DNA of 64,000 bases from the IMG/VR virus record IMGVR_UViG_3300019874_000002, positions 32,001-96,000 of that record. One strand, given 5' to 3'. This DNA comes from a virus. Taxonomy: Duplodnaviria; Caudoviricetes. Below the pieces are notes generated by a model that worked only from the letters and a program-made list of their open reading frames with translations, did not search any database and had not been told where the DNA came from. Below, in pieces: positions 27,095 to 38,227 of the stretch. The translations under genes were made by a program, and so were the position numbers. Position 1 is the first letter of the stretch; every line of letters starts with the position of its first letter.

Positions 27095-28876
27095 TCACAG
27101 AACCTCTTTACGGAGTATTACCCCTGCTGCACGCACGAAATTATCAAAGTAAAACGAAAAAATGTCAAGCCTTCCCTGACCATACAAGTACACAAGTTGA
27201 CTCGTCGGAGGATTCAAACCTCCCCCAGCCACGGATGCACTCGCCAACATGAAGTCACCAAGAAACGATGACACTTCTGGGATATCAATATAAAATTGAT
27301 AATTTCCAGCTGTAACCGCCCCAGACAACACCAACGTGTTCACCTTCGTAGAAGTGACATACGATGCAGATGATATCGTAAACGATGTCCACACGCCACC
27401 AATGAAGGCTCTCAATGTCAATCCCACCAAAGTCACTGCAGCAAGGCGAGCGTCCGTTCCTACAAATGTAATTGTTGTTGTCCCCACAGCCGTCAACGTC
27501 CCTGGATAACCGTGCAGGTAGCTCGCGATAGCAGGATTTCCAGCAATCAAAAGCACTGGGCACTCGAATATAAATTCGTTCGGATTAACCTCGTAAATCT
27601 TCCACGAGACTCCAATCGACGCTTGCAAATCGGCCTGTGTCCCAAAAATCGCCTCTGCTAGCCGATACGTCACAAGCAATGGTGTCTTAGGCAACCACGA
27701 TAGAATCTGACCAATGCTTCGGTATAGCTCATCATCAAATGGTGATTGTGGAGGTCTTGGCACACCAAAATTTGAACCCAGCCTAGTCAGATGCTGACCT
27801 TGTGCTGAATCCCAAAACATTGTGTTTCTCGCCTGCTCTATTGCGCTGATGTCTTGCGAATGAAAAAGCGATTGAGCAAAATTGTACATCGCAGAATCCA
27901 TCCGGCCAATCAGACCGAACGCTGCGCCCAAACCTGTTGCAATAAACATTGCTGCGCAAAAAATCCCAGCCCCGCCGAGCGCTACCCCAAACCCTTGAAA
28001 AACACCGACGTTTGCCAATGAGCTAGAAAATGAAGCTGATGCGCTAATTGAAAAGTGTCCAGACATCGTGCGAAAGCTAGTTTTTATTTTCTGTGCTGCA
28101 CGGTCTACGACAGCTAAAACTATCACCCATTCACCAGCAGGGACTACGTCAGTTGTCACAACTGACGTCGGCACTCCGCCTGATTGGACTAAAAATTTCA
28201 GTTTGTTCGCATTCACGCCACCGGTCACAAAATCATACCCATTACCTCCACCAGTGCTCTTATTGCAAAATCTTGCAGAACCACTCACTCCGCCGTGCGA
28301 CGTCACCTTGACAACAGCCATCATCGCAAAATCGTCTGCCGCACCTACGTCGAACGTTCCAGCTGTCCCGATAAACGAGGCGTTTGTCGAGTCTGGCGTC
28401 TGCGCAAATACACCAATCGCTGTGTCCACTGTGTTCGGAGATAACGGACCAGGCAATCCGTAAATCGCGTTACCAGTAGACCTTGTCAGCGGCACTCCAC
28501 CAAATATCGGCTGCAAATCACCAGAAACCTCATTACACAGCCACCCAAAACCCCACGAACCAAACCCAACAGCTGAATTCATTGCCTGACTGGATAAAGG
28601 ATACAATCCTCCAATGCCTAAACCACCAATCGTGGTTTCACCTCTGAAATTATCCTTCCCAAACAATCCTCCAATATTGTTACCACTCTCTCCGATGCAC
28701 GCTAATCGCTTAGCCCACCCACTCTCACGATCTCTTCGATACGCTGGAGGAAGTGATTCGCGTAAAACGATTGATTTGTACAAATCTCGCGCATCGCTAG
28801 AACCACCACCAGTGACTGCAGCACTCTCGGACGCCGGTCCGGAGGTCTCGCTGAGCAAATGAAGAATTCTTGACAT
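27095..28876 (-). CDS. Baseplate wedge protein with inserted ConA/LamG-like domain
   Basis: SAQGQHLTRLGSNFGVPRP...DDELYR motif (gpI-like); C-terminal FVRAAGV. Confidence 0.65.
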   Translation of the reverse strand: MSRILHLLSETSGPASESAAVTGGGSSDARDLYKSIVLRESLPPAYRRDRESGWAKRLACIGESGNNIGGLFGKDNFRGETTIGGLGIGGLYPLSSQAMNSAVGFGSWGFGWLCNEVSGDLQPIFGGVPLTRSTGNAIYGLPGPLSPNTVDTAIGVFAQTPDSTNASFIGTAGTFDVGAADDFAMMAVVKVTSHGGVSGSARFCNKSTGGGNGYDFVTGGVNANKLKFLVQSGGVPTSVVTTDVVPAGEWVIVLAVVDRAAQKIKTSFRTMSGHFSISASASFSSSLANVGVFQGFGVALGGAGIFCAAMFIATGLGAAFGLIGRMDSAMYNFAQSLFHSQDISAIEQARNTMFWDSAQGQHLTRLGSNFGVPRPPQSPFDDELYRSIGQILSWLPKTPLLVTYRLAEAIFGTQADLQASIGVSWKIYEVNPNEFIFECPVLLIAGNPAIASYLHGYPGTLTAVGTTTITFVGTDARLAAVTLVGLTLRAFIGGVWTSFTISSASYVTSTKVNTLVLSGAVTAGNYQFYIDIPEVSSFLGDFMLASASVAGGGLNPPTSQLVYLYGQGRLDIFSFYFDNFVRAAGVILRKEVL

Positions 28877-30978
28877 TACGCAATCACCACATCGGAAGCA
28901 TTCATCCGCGCAATCTGACCATCGAGAACGCTGAAATTAGCTGCTGGAGACAAAACTCTGCAATCAGCGACACCAGGCACTGATTTAACAAGCCTTATAA
29001 CCTCTGAAAGCAGCACTGCTTTGCCCATACCCAATCCGTTAACATACGCTTGCACCACGCTCTGAACCGTCGATGCGAGCGCAGCATCCGCCACACCTGA
29101 CACAGAGACAACTTGGATAACGATCGTCGGAGTTACCACCGTCGGAATAACAACTTTACATTGCGTACCTAATGAGCGAATCCCTGGAAAATTATCCAAA
29201 TCGGTCTTGTCGCCATTCACCAAGCGCTGAGCATATGCAGCGAGCCCCCTAGAGTACGTGTAAGCACCCACAGAACCCAGCGCATTATCGTCAGCGGCAA
29301 TGAGAGAATCGTGAATCCCTAAAGCTACGGTCAATTCCAAATCACCATTTGATTGATTAAAAATGTAATCGGTGTCAGGAATCAGAGGATCGTTTGCAAA
29401 ATTAAAAATCGCATACGACCCAAAGGCTGGAGTAGCTCCGATCGCAGACAGCGTCAATCTAATAACAGAATTGCTCACAATTGAATAGAACTGATCATCG
29501 CCTGCTTTCATCACAAAACCAGCCCACTGATTCACAGTCCACACTTTGGACGAATCCTCGAGAAAATTGGCACCGACCAAAGTCGCGACACCGCTCCCAT
29601 TCGTCTCACTCTTGAAAAGTCTCGGCGTTCTTTGAGCAGCTGGCGATTGCACCTTGAAAAACGGGCCGTACGCATGAAGGCTTGACCTTCGATCTCCAAT
29701 CCTAGCGTCAGAGATCAATACGTCGCGCCCAGTCTTTATCTCTGAATCAATTGTAAACGTCGCTGTGCCGTCTGAAATATACAGCAACGATTGCCCAGGA
29801 GCCACAGGCTCTACCGTCTCAGCGAAAGCGATGATCCGATTGCTAAACGGATCCTGCTGTCCTGCGACTAACGTCTCAATCGAGAGAGCTGTACCTCGGC
29901 TCAAGCTTTGAATGAATGAAGAAATCCTGTTGTTGTATGTATCATCATCTTCGCGGTCTGTGCCACGTGTTGCGGCATTTGGGTTTGTAATTGTCGCATT
30001 GGCGAATGGCTCGGACTGCCATTGCGTTATCGTGTTAGACCCTACTTTAGTCTGAACACCAGCAGCATCAGACTCCATATTAATCAATCCAGTTACCAAT
30101 TCCCCATCGAATAGAAATGCTGTCGCTCCAACCGTTCTAAACAGAACCCTGGTTGACGAAGCTGACTCAGGCACAAAGCCAATCGTTCCAGATGCGATAG
30201 GTCGGTCAGACCCAAAAGTTGACAGTGTCACGTCTGAATTGATTGCGTGTGCAAACGTCGTCAACGCACCCAAGGTCAATACTGTGCCGACACGTGTAAA
30301 CGTCCTCAGCTCTCTACGAACCGTGTCTCGCTCAAAGATTACGGATCCTGACAACGGCCAATCTCCTTCAGTTCCAGAGAGGATCTGACAGGAGCCAGCA
30401 GCAACGCCTATCGCAACAGTGATAACAGATTTAGTAGCTGTCGTTTCTACGGAACCAACCTGCAAATGAGGATTACGCAAACCAGTTGACGGAACCACAA
30501 CTGTAAAAATCACGCCGACTCTCGTATAGGTTATCGATTCCTCGCGCAGCGTACCTCGCTCAATAATCAATGATCCTGACGCTGGCCATCCAGTTGCGTC
30601 AGTAACAGAGAATGAAGTGATTCCCTGGACTGTGTCCGCACCCATGAGCGCTGTTTTCCTCGTCGACCCATCGCCAACAACAATTTGAGTAATGCTCGTT
30701 TGTGCCTTCCTACGTCGCATTGTCGAAAATACAACGGACCCAAAATCCTCAGCACGACGGTCTAAGTCATCACCTTTACAATTGCCTCGGAAAAACAAAT
30801 CAACAAGCTTCCCAATTTGAACGTATTCGTCCGCATGCTGCAATGCGGATGCTTCAAGCTGCGTTCTGTCGAGAGAGCCAACATTCAAATCAGTATCAGG
30901 CCCAAGCTGCGCTCGATGCGTCGCAAACATCTGCGCTTGAATCTCAGCCTTAGTTTTTACACGAAACGCAGTAGGCAT
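28876..30978 (-). CDS. Baseplate J-like wedge protein
   Basis: DLNVGSLDRTQLEA, GDDLDRRA, GTDREDDDTYNNRI, VLLSEVIRLVKSVPGVAD. Confidence 0.85.
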   Translation of the reverse strand: MPTAFRVKTKAEIQAQMFATHRAQLGPDTDLNVGSLDRTQLEASALQHADEYVQIGKLVDLFFRGNCKGDDLDRRAEDFGSVVFSTMRRRKAQTSITQIVVGDGSTRKTALMGADTVQGITSFSVTDATGWPASGSLIIERGTLREESITYTRVGVIFTVVVPSTGLRNPHLQVGSVETTATKSVITVAIGVAAGSCQILSGTEGDWPLSGSVIFERDTVRRELRTFTRVGTVLTLGALTTFAHAINSDVTLSTFGSDRPIASGTIGFVPESASSTRVLFRTVGATAFLFDGELVTGLINMESDAAGVQTKVGSNTITQWQSEPFANATITNPNAATRGTDREDDDTYNNRISSFIQSLSRGTALSIETLVAGQQDPFSNRIIAFAETVEPVAPGQSLLYISDGTATFTIDSEIKTGRDVLISDARIGDRRSSLHAYGPFFKVQSPAAQRTPRLFKSETNGSGVATLVGANFLEDSSKVWTVNQWAGFVMKAGDDQFYSIVSNSVIRLTLSAIGATPAFGSYAIFNFANDPLIPDTDYIFNQSNGDLELTVALGIHDSLIAADDNALGSVGAYTYSRGLAAYAQRLVNGDKTDLDNFPGIRSLGTQCKVVIPTVVTPTIVIQVVSVSGVADAALASTVQSVVQAYVNGLGMGKAVLLSEVIRLVKSVPGVADCRVLSPAANFSVLDGQIARMNASDVVIA

Positions 30979-30994
30979 CTTGTCACCTTTTGAC

Positions 30995-33169
30995 TCACGA
31001 AAGCGGAATTCTAAAAAACAATGTCTGCTGTGTCCTCACAGGTCTGGCAAAAAACTCAAAAAACAACGCTGTTCCTATATACGTAACCGACGAGCGTTCA
31101 ATCGACGAAATGCGTGGATCAGCTAGTAGAGATTGGCGAACATAAAACACATACATTGCTGCAGCATTTGGCTCAAATGGCCGACCTATAATATCTGACG
31201 TTCCGTATTCAGGGTTTGATTTATTGGAACCTCGTGTCGTTTGCAAACACAACGCAATCGCTTGCTCCAAATTCTCCAATCCAGACACCGTCTGCGTTTG
31301 ATTGCGCGGACCAAACACCACATCAATCAAACCTTGAGAAAACGTTGCCAGCATATCAACGCCAAAAGCTACCGTCTCTGGTGTTGATGGTCTGCGCAAT
31401 GGGAGCATATCCAATCGCAATTCAAACGCATCTCCCACCGCAGGCGAAGATGCGTACGTCCTATTAACTGTCAACGTATTGACGTCATTTGCAACAACGA
31501 TACGCTTTTGTCCTAGCAACGCTCCACTCGTAAACTCCAGCGTAAACCCAACCCACATGTCCGATCGCCAGGGGTTTTTAATGGAATCGTTATTGGCAAA
31601 AACAGCATCAAGGTCGGTCAACGCTACAACGATGCTACCGCTAACCGTAGCTGAGGATCCGTCCAACGGAATGGCCGTACTCAGTGACACAGCATCCTGT
31701 GTCGAAGGAACAAAGATCTGCTCTCCCCACGCAATCGTTCCAAAAGGTTTATTTCTCTTATCAGAGACAATGAACGGCGCCCGCAATTGGTTTGCAATCA
31801 CCAATTCCACGAAGCGCCGTGCGTCACCAAGAACCCTCTGCGCAACATCAAATATTGTCTCTCCGGTCAAAACGAATTCTGCTCTCAGAGCAGACATCGC
31901 GACCATTTGCTCGATGTCCCCCACCAAGCTTAACCCAGACGTTCCAATAAATGGACTCACCGCCGGAGAACCGGATACGTCGCTTTCTTGAAAGAAATTA
32001 CTTTTGACACCTTGAACCGCACGAGGCTGGGTGTATTTTTTATTCTCATCCGCAAATTCTTGCCCTGGCGTAGATCCATACGTCGCCAAATGGTGAGACA
32101 CCAAGCCTTCCGTTAAAAACCTCGTCTCAAGGATCCACTCATTGACATCCGCCCTAAAGGCTTCTGGTGTTACACCAGTATACGAGTCTTCCAAACCGAT
32201 TAGCGCACTGTATACTTGTTTGTACAAATTCAACGGTACGTCCAAGACAGCGCGGCGAATTGACGCTACGTCTGCAAAAAACGATTGGACCTTCGTAATC
32301 GCGGTAATGACTCCTTGCAGCTTCAACGTAAGAACACCGGTGCTAAACCGTTGCACAAAGCCCTTTGCGCTAGCCGCAAGCTGCACCAAACGTGTAATCG
32401 CTTTACCAGCTACTGAATCGAGAGAGGTGCTCACTGGGTTACGCAGCTGCTTCAATGCGTCGCTCCCACGGTCTCTATCACCTACGCCCAAAGACCTAGC
32501 GTCACTCCCTTGATTCAATGCTTGAACACGTTTCTGAGACGGCTCTATGCAATCAAATGCGATATCATAATTGTAACCAAACCTCGTCCGATCCATTCTG
32601 AAATGCTTCAATTCTATCATCCAAAATTCATCACCTTTGAAATCCAAATAGTGCAATTGGATGTTTTTCCCAGCGCGCCTCTCTGCCATAAATTGCCGAA
32701 ATAGCCTGCGAAGATGATAAAACTCGTAAAATCCAGACTGCTTCTCTCGCTGGCGCAATGCTAATCCAAGGTTCAGATTGCTCTGATCGTTCGTCTGGCT
32801 AATCGTTGGACCTTGCATGTGCGTCGCGTACGGTGCAATTGGAGGCAAAAGACCTGTGGTGCCTCTAATAGCTACTGATTTAATCAAGCCTCCTCGTGAC
32901 TCGACAAACTTTCCTCCACCTTGTGAAAAAGCCGTATCCGTTGCTACAGGCTCGTCAAATGAAATCGATTGAGGATTCAAATTCAAAAGATGGATGTCAT
33001 CTGGCTGCGGATTTCCAAATCCTGTTTTTCCGCTCTGGTTCGGCGCAGCATTGCCACTGTAATCAACCGTAGCTGAGCGATCCAATAGAAAGCCATACGC
33101 AAACGTTTGCGCCGCCCAATTTTCAAGGGGCGGCATCTTCGTGGTTTGATCATCGCTATTATCAGCCAT
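30995..33169 (-). CDS. Baseplate protein: tube-initiator-like N-terminus + LysM-like + gp25-like C-terminus
   Basis: GETIFDVAQRVLGD...ANQLRAPFI (LysM-like); VSGLENLEQAI..L.T.RG...NPEYG...LLADPRI (gp25/W-like). Confidence 0.7.
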   Translation of the reverse strand: MADNSDDQTTKMPPLENWAAQTFAYGFLLDRSATVDYSGNAAPNQSGKTGFGNPQPDDIHLLNLNPQSISFDEPVATDTAFSQGGGKFVESRGGLIKSVAIRGTTGLLPPIAPYATHMQGPTISQTNDQSNLNLGLALRQREKQSGFYEFYHLRRLFRQFMAERRAGKNIQLHYLDFKGDEFWMIELKHFRMDRTRFGYNYDIAFDCIEPSQKRVQALNQGSDARSLGVGDRDRGSDALKQLRNPVSTSLDSVAGKAITRLVQLAASAKGFVQRFSTGVLTLKLQGVITAITKVQSFFADVASIRRAVLDVPLNLYKQVYSALIGLEDSYTGVTPEAFRADVNEWILETRFLTEGLVSHHLATYGSTPGQEFADENKKYTQPRAVQGVKSNFFQESDVSGSPAVSPFIGTSGLSLVGDIEQMVAMSALRAEFVLTGETIFDVAQRVLGDARRFVELVIANQLRAPFIVSDKRNKPFGTIAWGEQIFVPSTQDAVSLSTAIPLDGSSATVSGSIVVALTDLDAVFANNDSIKNPWRSDMWVGFTLEFTSGALLGQKRIVVANDVNTLTVNRTYASSPAVGDAFELRLDMLPLRRPSTPETVAFGVDMLATFSQGLIDVVFGPRNQTQTVSGLENLEQAIALCLQTTRGSNKSNPEYGTSDIIGRPFEPNAAAMYVFYVRQSLLADPRISSIERSSVTYIGTALFFEFFARPVRTQQTLFFRIPLS

Positions 33170-33172
33170 ACG

Positions 33173-33454
33173 TCACACGATTGTTCCGGTACCGGTTCCG
33201 GTGCCTGGACCAGACAAACCGAGACCTGTCGTTACTCCAGATACAGCAATCACAGCAACAGAGCTGTTCACAATAGCGAACGTCTGAATGTGGAGCACAA
33301 TAGCTCCGCACATCGCTTCCATCATTTGTATTCTATACGCGCTCAATTTAGCGTCAATACTATCCTGAGATTCACCTGGAGATATGGACGGCTTAGCGAC
33401 AGCATCAACTGCCTCAATAACCTGCTGACCCATGATATTACCGTCCATCGCCAT
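33173..33454 (-). CDS. Baseplate spike-associated small protein
   Basis: Probable start MAMDG; C-terminal GPGTGTGTGTIV. Confidence 0.55.
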   Translation of the reverse strand: MAMDGNIMGQQVIEAVDAVAKPSISPGESQDSIDAKLSAYRIQMMEAMCGAIVLHIQTFAIVNSSVAVIAVSGVTTGLGLSGPGTGTGTGTIV

Positions 33455-33456
33455 AG

Positions 33457-34212
33457 CTAAAATTTCTTTGCAAGTACAGTTCTGCTTGTGCTTCCAAGTT
33501 GCCAATACTTCGCACCACTGAATACGTCAATCCCAGTACCGTGGACAACGCCATCGATAGTTTCTGTCAATCCGTTTCCACCGAGAAGCAAATCATTGGC
33601 TGGAATCACCTCAACATCGCCGTTATCCAGAAAGCGAATTATTGATCCACTTTTGTGTGACACTTCAATCTCTTCATTAGCTTGTAATGTGATTGTCGTG
33701 TCCCCACGTTTAATCTGATACGTTCCATCCTTCTGTGTCTCCACAGACGTTCCTTTATGCGTTTGAAACCTCCTAAAACCTTTGTCACGCGTCGCGCCGT
33801 AAGTCAACCGGCTATGTGGCAATACAGCCACAATGACTGCATTATGTTGAGCGCCGTAGTTACAAGTCACCAAAACGCGATCTCCGTCCGATTGCGAGAG
33901 CTGCGCTGTCTTTGGGTCAAATACAGGAGTTGTCGCTCCAAACTGCTGTTGCGCTGCGCGCAAAATATTATCTTCACCATCTTCCATCCCGGATACTTGA
34001 TCGCACCTGCGACAATTTTTGTAAATTTGAGATGTTCTCAAATCTCGCACGTCGTATTCCACGTACGTCTTTGAAAGGTTATTCACATCGTCAATGTAGC
34101 GAACGGCAATGACGACACATTCGACTGTAGCCACCTTTGAATAAGAAGCATGTTCTCCGGACAGTAGAACACCAGACAATCCAGCTTGACGTATGACTGG
34201 ATACTCTTTCAC
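33457..34212 (-). CDS. Baseplate central spike (gpV/gp5-like)
   Basis: OB-like N-terminus (GDRVLV), HKGTSVE/HKSGSII beta-helix repeats. Confidence 0.7.
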   Translation of the reverse strand: MKEYPVIRQAGLSGVLLSGEHASYSKVATVECVVIAVRYIDDVNNLSKTYVEYDVRDLRTSQIYKNCRRCDQVSGMEDGEDNILRAAQQQFGATTPVFDPKTAQLSQSDGDRVLVTCNYGAQHNAVIVAVLPHSRLTYGATRDKGFRRFQTHKGTSVETQKDGTYQIKRGDTTITLQANEEIEVSHKSGSIIRFLDNGDVEVIPANDLLLGGNGLTETIDGVVHGTGIDVFSGAKYWQLGSTSRTVLAKKF

Positions 34213-36035
34213 GGCGCTCCTGGCGCTACAAGCGTAGTCGCTACAGAATCAGGAGACTCTCCACTCGTGAACAGATCAGAAGACTGCACAACCTCATACG
34301 GATCAGGATCGAGAGAACCGCCTTGGTCGGTCCAGAACAAATGTGATTCCATAAACGCGCGCACTGACAAACCTTCGCGCACAATTCCTCGCACCAAATG
34401 GAGCGTAGTCCTAGACGCATTTGGATTCGGTGAAAACGAATGCTGAACATTCTGCACATAAAAATCAATCACGTGCGTTGTATTCCCTGACGGCGCATAC
34501 GTCTGGTATGTAATCCTAGATTGAACAAACGTCAGCCTTGTTCCAATCCTGATATCTGGCCTAAAACGAAGCGTCATTGAACCTGAAAGCAATCTCTCGT
34601 TATAGGCATACCACGTTGTAATGAGCGATAGGTAAAACTCATACGTTGGTTGAAACGACGACGTAACATCCGCAGGCGACGTATTCTCGTTTGTCCAAAA
34701 ATAAATACTCTCCCCTTCAAATCTCCTCAAACCATGCTTCGTAATGGAATCCCTGTTGAGCGTAACACCAAATTGCAAATCAGTAAAAACGTCTGGGCTC
34801 GACCCTCCCACAAGACCTGGGAGCCTCAACCTGAACACATTTTTAATTTCGGCAGAACCGGTGCCCACATCATTTGAAAACACTTCTGTCTCGTACACGA
34901 TTGACGTAGGCAGCGAATAAAAACTCAAGGTGTCATATGGCAATTGGCGGTGCACAATAGCAACGGTAGATTGCAAAGGACCAGCCTCTTGTGTCTGCAA
35001 AAGCTCTTGAGAAGTCTGGGAAGCTAATTGCGTTGAGTCCGACAACGCGTCAATCAATCCTGACTGCTCAGCTGAGGCATTACCAAATTTAGACAAAAAT
35101 TTTTGCGCATAATACGCTGCTCTTTTATGAGCGTCGTCAAACCCTGGAACAAAATCACGAGTGTCAATGAAGAATTCATTGACCAGTCTGTTTGCATACA
35201 TATCACAAAGAGACCACAGATTCGATGCATTCTGCAGAATCGTCGGCTCATCTCGTTGCTGCATTGCGCCAACCATTGGCGTTTGCACAAATGATTTAGT
35301 ATCCAAAAACGAAAACAAAGACACTGCCTTGTTTCCAGGAAACCTAAACGGTGTCAGCGGCGTTGTCGTCGGATTTGTAGGCTTTGAGGTAAACAAATCA
35401 GTAGGGTCAAATTTCTGACCTATCGCTAGCGTCACAAAATTCTGTTTTAGAGAGTAATAAACCGCTAGCATCGTTTGAACCACTACACTCGGTCCACCGC
35501 GCGCAGCGCTATTTGTAAATGCTTGTACAAACTGCGCGTAGAAATCACGCATTACTAAACCGCCAAATGCAGCATCGTAAATCGTGGGAGTTTCCATCAA
35601 AATCTTCCCAAGGTCTCTCCCATTAATCGAGACTCTCGTAATCGTGGCCCCTGTTCCAGAAACAGACCTAGTCTCTCGGACCGTATCTACCGACACCAGC
35701 ATAATCAATGTTTCCGACGACACTTTATCAGCACGACCATACACGAGGAGAACATCCTCTGGCTGCACCATGTTCAAATAATCGCGACGTGGAAACAATT
35801 GAACGCTGCAAACACCAGCTGGAGACTCCGTGTCCTTGCTCGTCGATAGGCTCGCAATGTCACTTTCCCCATTCGTGCTAAACTCAGAACCACCGCTGTT
35901 CTTTGCTGCAATCTGCGCGAGCCTTGAGAACGGATCGTCTCCTGTAATCTTGGCATCACCAAAACCGCCAAACCAAACAATACGAGTTTGGGCATAGCCC
36001 TCGATCACTTTCGGTATATTAATGTCAACGCTCAT
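34209..36035 (-). CDS. Baseplate hub protein
   Basis: Follows the tape measure; GRDLGKIL, SGSMTLRFRPDIRIG, FYVQNVQHSF. Confidence 0.7.
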   Translation of the reverse strand: MSVDINIPKVIEGYAQTRIVWFGGFGDAKITGDDPFSRLAQIAAKNSGGSEFSTNGESDIASLSTSKDTESPAGVCSVQLFPRRDYLNMVQPEDVLLVYGRADKVSSETLIMLVSVDTVRETRSVSGTGATITRVSINGRDLGKILMETPTIYDAAFGGLVMRDFYAQFVQAFTNSAARGGPSVVVQTMLAVYYSLKQNFVTLAIGQKFDPTDLFTSKPTNPTTTPLTPFRFPGNKAVSLFSFLDTKSFVQTPMVGAMQQRDEPTILQNASNLWSLCDMYANRLVNEFFIDTRDFVPGFDDAHKRAAYYAQKFLSKFGNASAEQSGLIDALSDSTQLASQTSQELLQTQEAGPLQSTVAIVHRQLPYDTLSFYSLPTSIVYETEVFSNDVGTGSAEIKNVFRLRLPGLVGGSSPDVFTDLQFGVTLNRDSITKHGLRRFEGESIYFWTNENTSPADVTSSFQPTYEFYLSLITTWYAYNERLLSGSMTLRFRPDIRIGTRLTFVQSRITYQTYAPSGNTTHVIDFYVQNVQHSFSPNPNASRTTLHLVRGIVREGLSVRAFMESHLFWTDQGGSLDPDPYEVVQSSDLFTSGESPDSVATTLVAPGAP

Positions 36036-38227
36036 TTGTGTTTCGCTGGCGTGTCTCCAGGAGCTGGTTTCCTGGATTCTACTGCATGACGCTGCACCTC
36101 TTTATGTGCGTCAATACCACTATCAGTCTTGTCCACAATCGTAATCTTTATATTCTTCGCGTTATCCAACGCCCCTTGCGCTTGAGCATTCACCAGCTTG
36201 TAAACCGTCTTATACATTTCCTCAAATGACACCGGTGCTCGATGCAATTGAGATTGAGCTGTGTCCAAAGCTTGTTTCTCGATACCAACACCTCCGTGGT
36301 TAAGCTTTGTCAACCTCAGGATATCGGTGTCGCTCCACTTCAAACCATACGCTTGCGCGTTCTCCTTGGCGACCTTTGAGTATTTGCCCACCAATTTTGC
36401 GCCCCACATCATCGCAGCGGATGGATCTTTCGACAAATTCTTATGCTCGCCTTCAGTCATTCCCAAACCGCCAGCCTCGGAATCCGCAAATGATGTCTTT
36501 CCATGCCCACCCATAATCTGGAACAAACCACGCTCATTCAAATTCGTTACCTGCGAATTGTCTCCTCCAGACTCCTCACTAATCCACGCTTGCAGAAACG
36601 ACGGTGGAACCCCCATCTTTCCAGCGTAATCATTTATTTGATTGCTCAATGATGTTACTTTATTTGGATTACCAACCCAAGGATTAACCTTCCTCATTGC
36701 GCCAGCTTTTACGTCCTCTTCCGTCGACAGTCCAAATCCCTCACGAATCTTCCGGACCATATTTGCAAAACCAGTCTTGGATGATTCTGCGTTCACTTGC
36801 TGCCGATGCAGGCCGATCAAACCCTCTTTCTCTGGCGCATTCACCGCCGCTGTAAATTGAGCGGTACTCCCTTCGATGTCTACCGTCGAGCCTTGCCCTG
36901 AAGCGAGATTGTCCATTATCAATTGAATCTTCGCCTCGCCCATTCCTGTAAGCAGTGCCAAACCTCCAACGATCCGCGCCTTCCCTGCAGCATTGGCTTT
37001 CTTGTATTCCGGCAACGCTCTCTGAAAATTCGTACTAATCAAATCCTCATGGCTCACACCACCAACTGTATCGAGTCCTTTCGCCAAAGCTAGTTTAGCC
37101 TCGAAAAACGTTTTACCACGCCCAAACCCAGCCGCAGCCAACGCTGTCATTTGAGTATACCCGGTTTGGCCTTGGGCTAAACCTTTCAAAGACTGGTCCA
37201 TTCCTTGAGCGGCTGCGGTATTACCTCTGAACTGAGAACCCAATTGAGATATGAACATAAACCGATCAGCTGTCGCTTTAACATCCGTTGTCGCTTCCGT
37301 GTTCGCCTCTATTGCGCCGGACAGCTGGTCCATCACCTCGCCAAGCCGACCACGCCCAATCCCCTCACCAACCTGCAAGCCAAACGCGGCACCAAACAGC
37401 TTTGTTTGATCGTCGCCTTTGCCAATCGTTCCAGTCCGATAACCAGCACTCTGCAAATTCATCATTTGGCTTCCAATGCCAAACTCGTTCTCACCGCGCA
37501 TGATACCTGCGATACCTCTGTCATCGCCTTGGCGCCGACTCATCTGCGTTTGCAGAGACGAAAACCTATCCGAATTGAATCCTAATTGCTTCCGCTCCGA
37601 ATTTACTAGGTCTCTTGGATCTAATAGCTGATTTGCGCCACCAACACCTCCAACCTGGTACCCTCGCAATGCAGCCTCTTTGACACGATCATCTGCGTCC
37701 AAAGCTTGAATCGCCACGCCACTAATAGCGCTAAAAATTGGAGCTAGTTGTGGAGCCAACATATTGGCAATCGAATTGCCAAGCTGCATCCCTCCTTGCA
37801 ATGAACCACCAGAGAATGCGTAATTACCTCCAGCCGTAATGCCTTGACCAATCCCCTGTACTGTTTTATGGAATTGGTAATCCCTGCGCTGGCGTCGGAG
37901 GTCGCCAGCCTCTGTAAGCTCGGCACTCCCTCCAAAGCGACCGCGATTGCGTTCAAAGCGATCTGCGCGCGCAATATCTCGTTTCTGCCGCTCAACCTTC
38001 AAAAGCTCAAGCGCAATCTTGTGCTGCGCCTCAAGCTCTTTCGTGGTTTTAGCAACTGGCGTTTGACTCCACGATTGACCAGCTACTGATTTAATACCCA
38101 TCACGCTCGCAAGCGAAGCGCCGAGCTTTGCAAAGCGAGATTGCGCACCCTCCGCCATCTTGTCCACGTCTTTAAGAAACGCAGGCACATCGGCGTCAAT
38201 TACAAATGTTGCGTCAGAATCACTCAT
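36032..38227 (-). CDS. Tape measure protein with C-terminal lytic transglycosylase domain
   Basis: Ala/Gly-rich helical region; YAGKMGVPPSFLQAWISEESGG...RGLFQIM SLT motif. Confidence 0.8.
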   Translation of the reverse strand: MSDSDATFVIDADVPAFLKDVDKMAEGAQSRFAKLGASLASVMGIKSVAGQSWSQTPVAKTTKELEAQHKIALELLKVERQKRDIARADRFERNRGRFGGSAELTEAGDLRRQRRDYQFHKTVQGIGQGITAGGNYAFSGGSLQGGMQLGNSIANMLAPQLAPIFSAISGVAIQALDADDRVKEAALRGYQVGGVGGANQLLDPRDLVNSERKQLGFNSDRFSSLQTQMSRRQGDDRGIAGIMRGENEFGIGSQMMNLQSAGYRTGTIGKGDDQTKLFGAAFGLQVGEGIGRGRLGEVMDQLSGAIEANTEATTDVKATADRFMFISQLGSQFRGNTAAAQGMDQSLKGLAQGQTGYTQMTALAAAGFGRGKTFFEAKLALAKGLDTVGGVSHEDLISTNFQRALPEYKKANAAGKARIVGGLALLTGMGEAKIQLIMDNLASGQGSTVDIEGSTAQFTAAVNAPEKEGLIGLHRQQVNAESSKTGFANMVRKIREGFGLSTEEDVKAGAMRKVNPWVGNPNKVTSLSNQINDYAGKMGVPPSFLQAWISEESGGDNSQVTNLNERGLFQIMGGHGKTSFADSEAGGLGMTEGEHKNLSKDPSAAMMWGAKLVGKYSKVAKENAQAYGLKWSDTDILRLTKLNHGGVGIEKQALDTAQSQLHRAPVSFEEMYKTVYKLVNAQAQGALDNAKNIKITIVDKTDSGIDAHKEVQRHAVESRKPAPGDTPAKHK

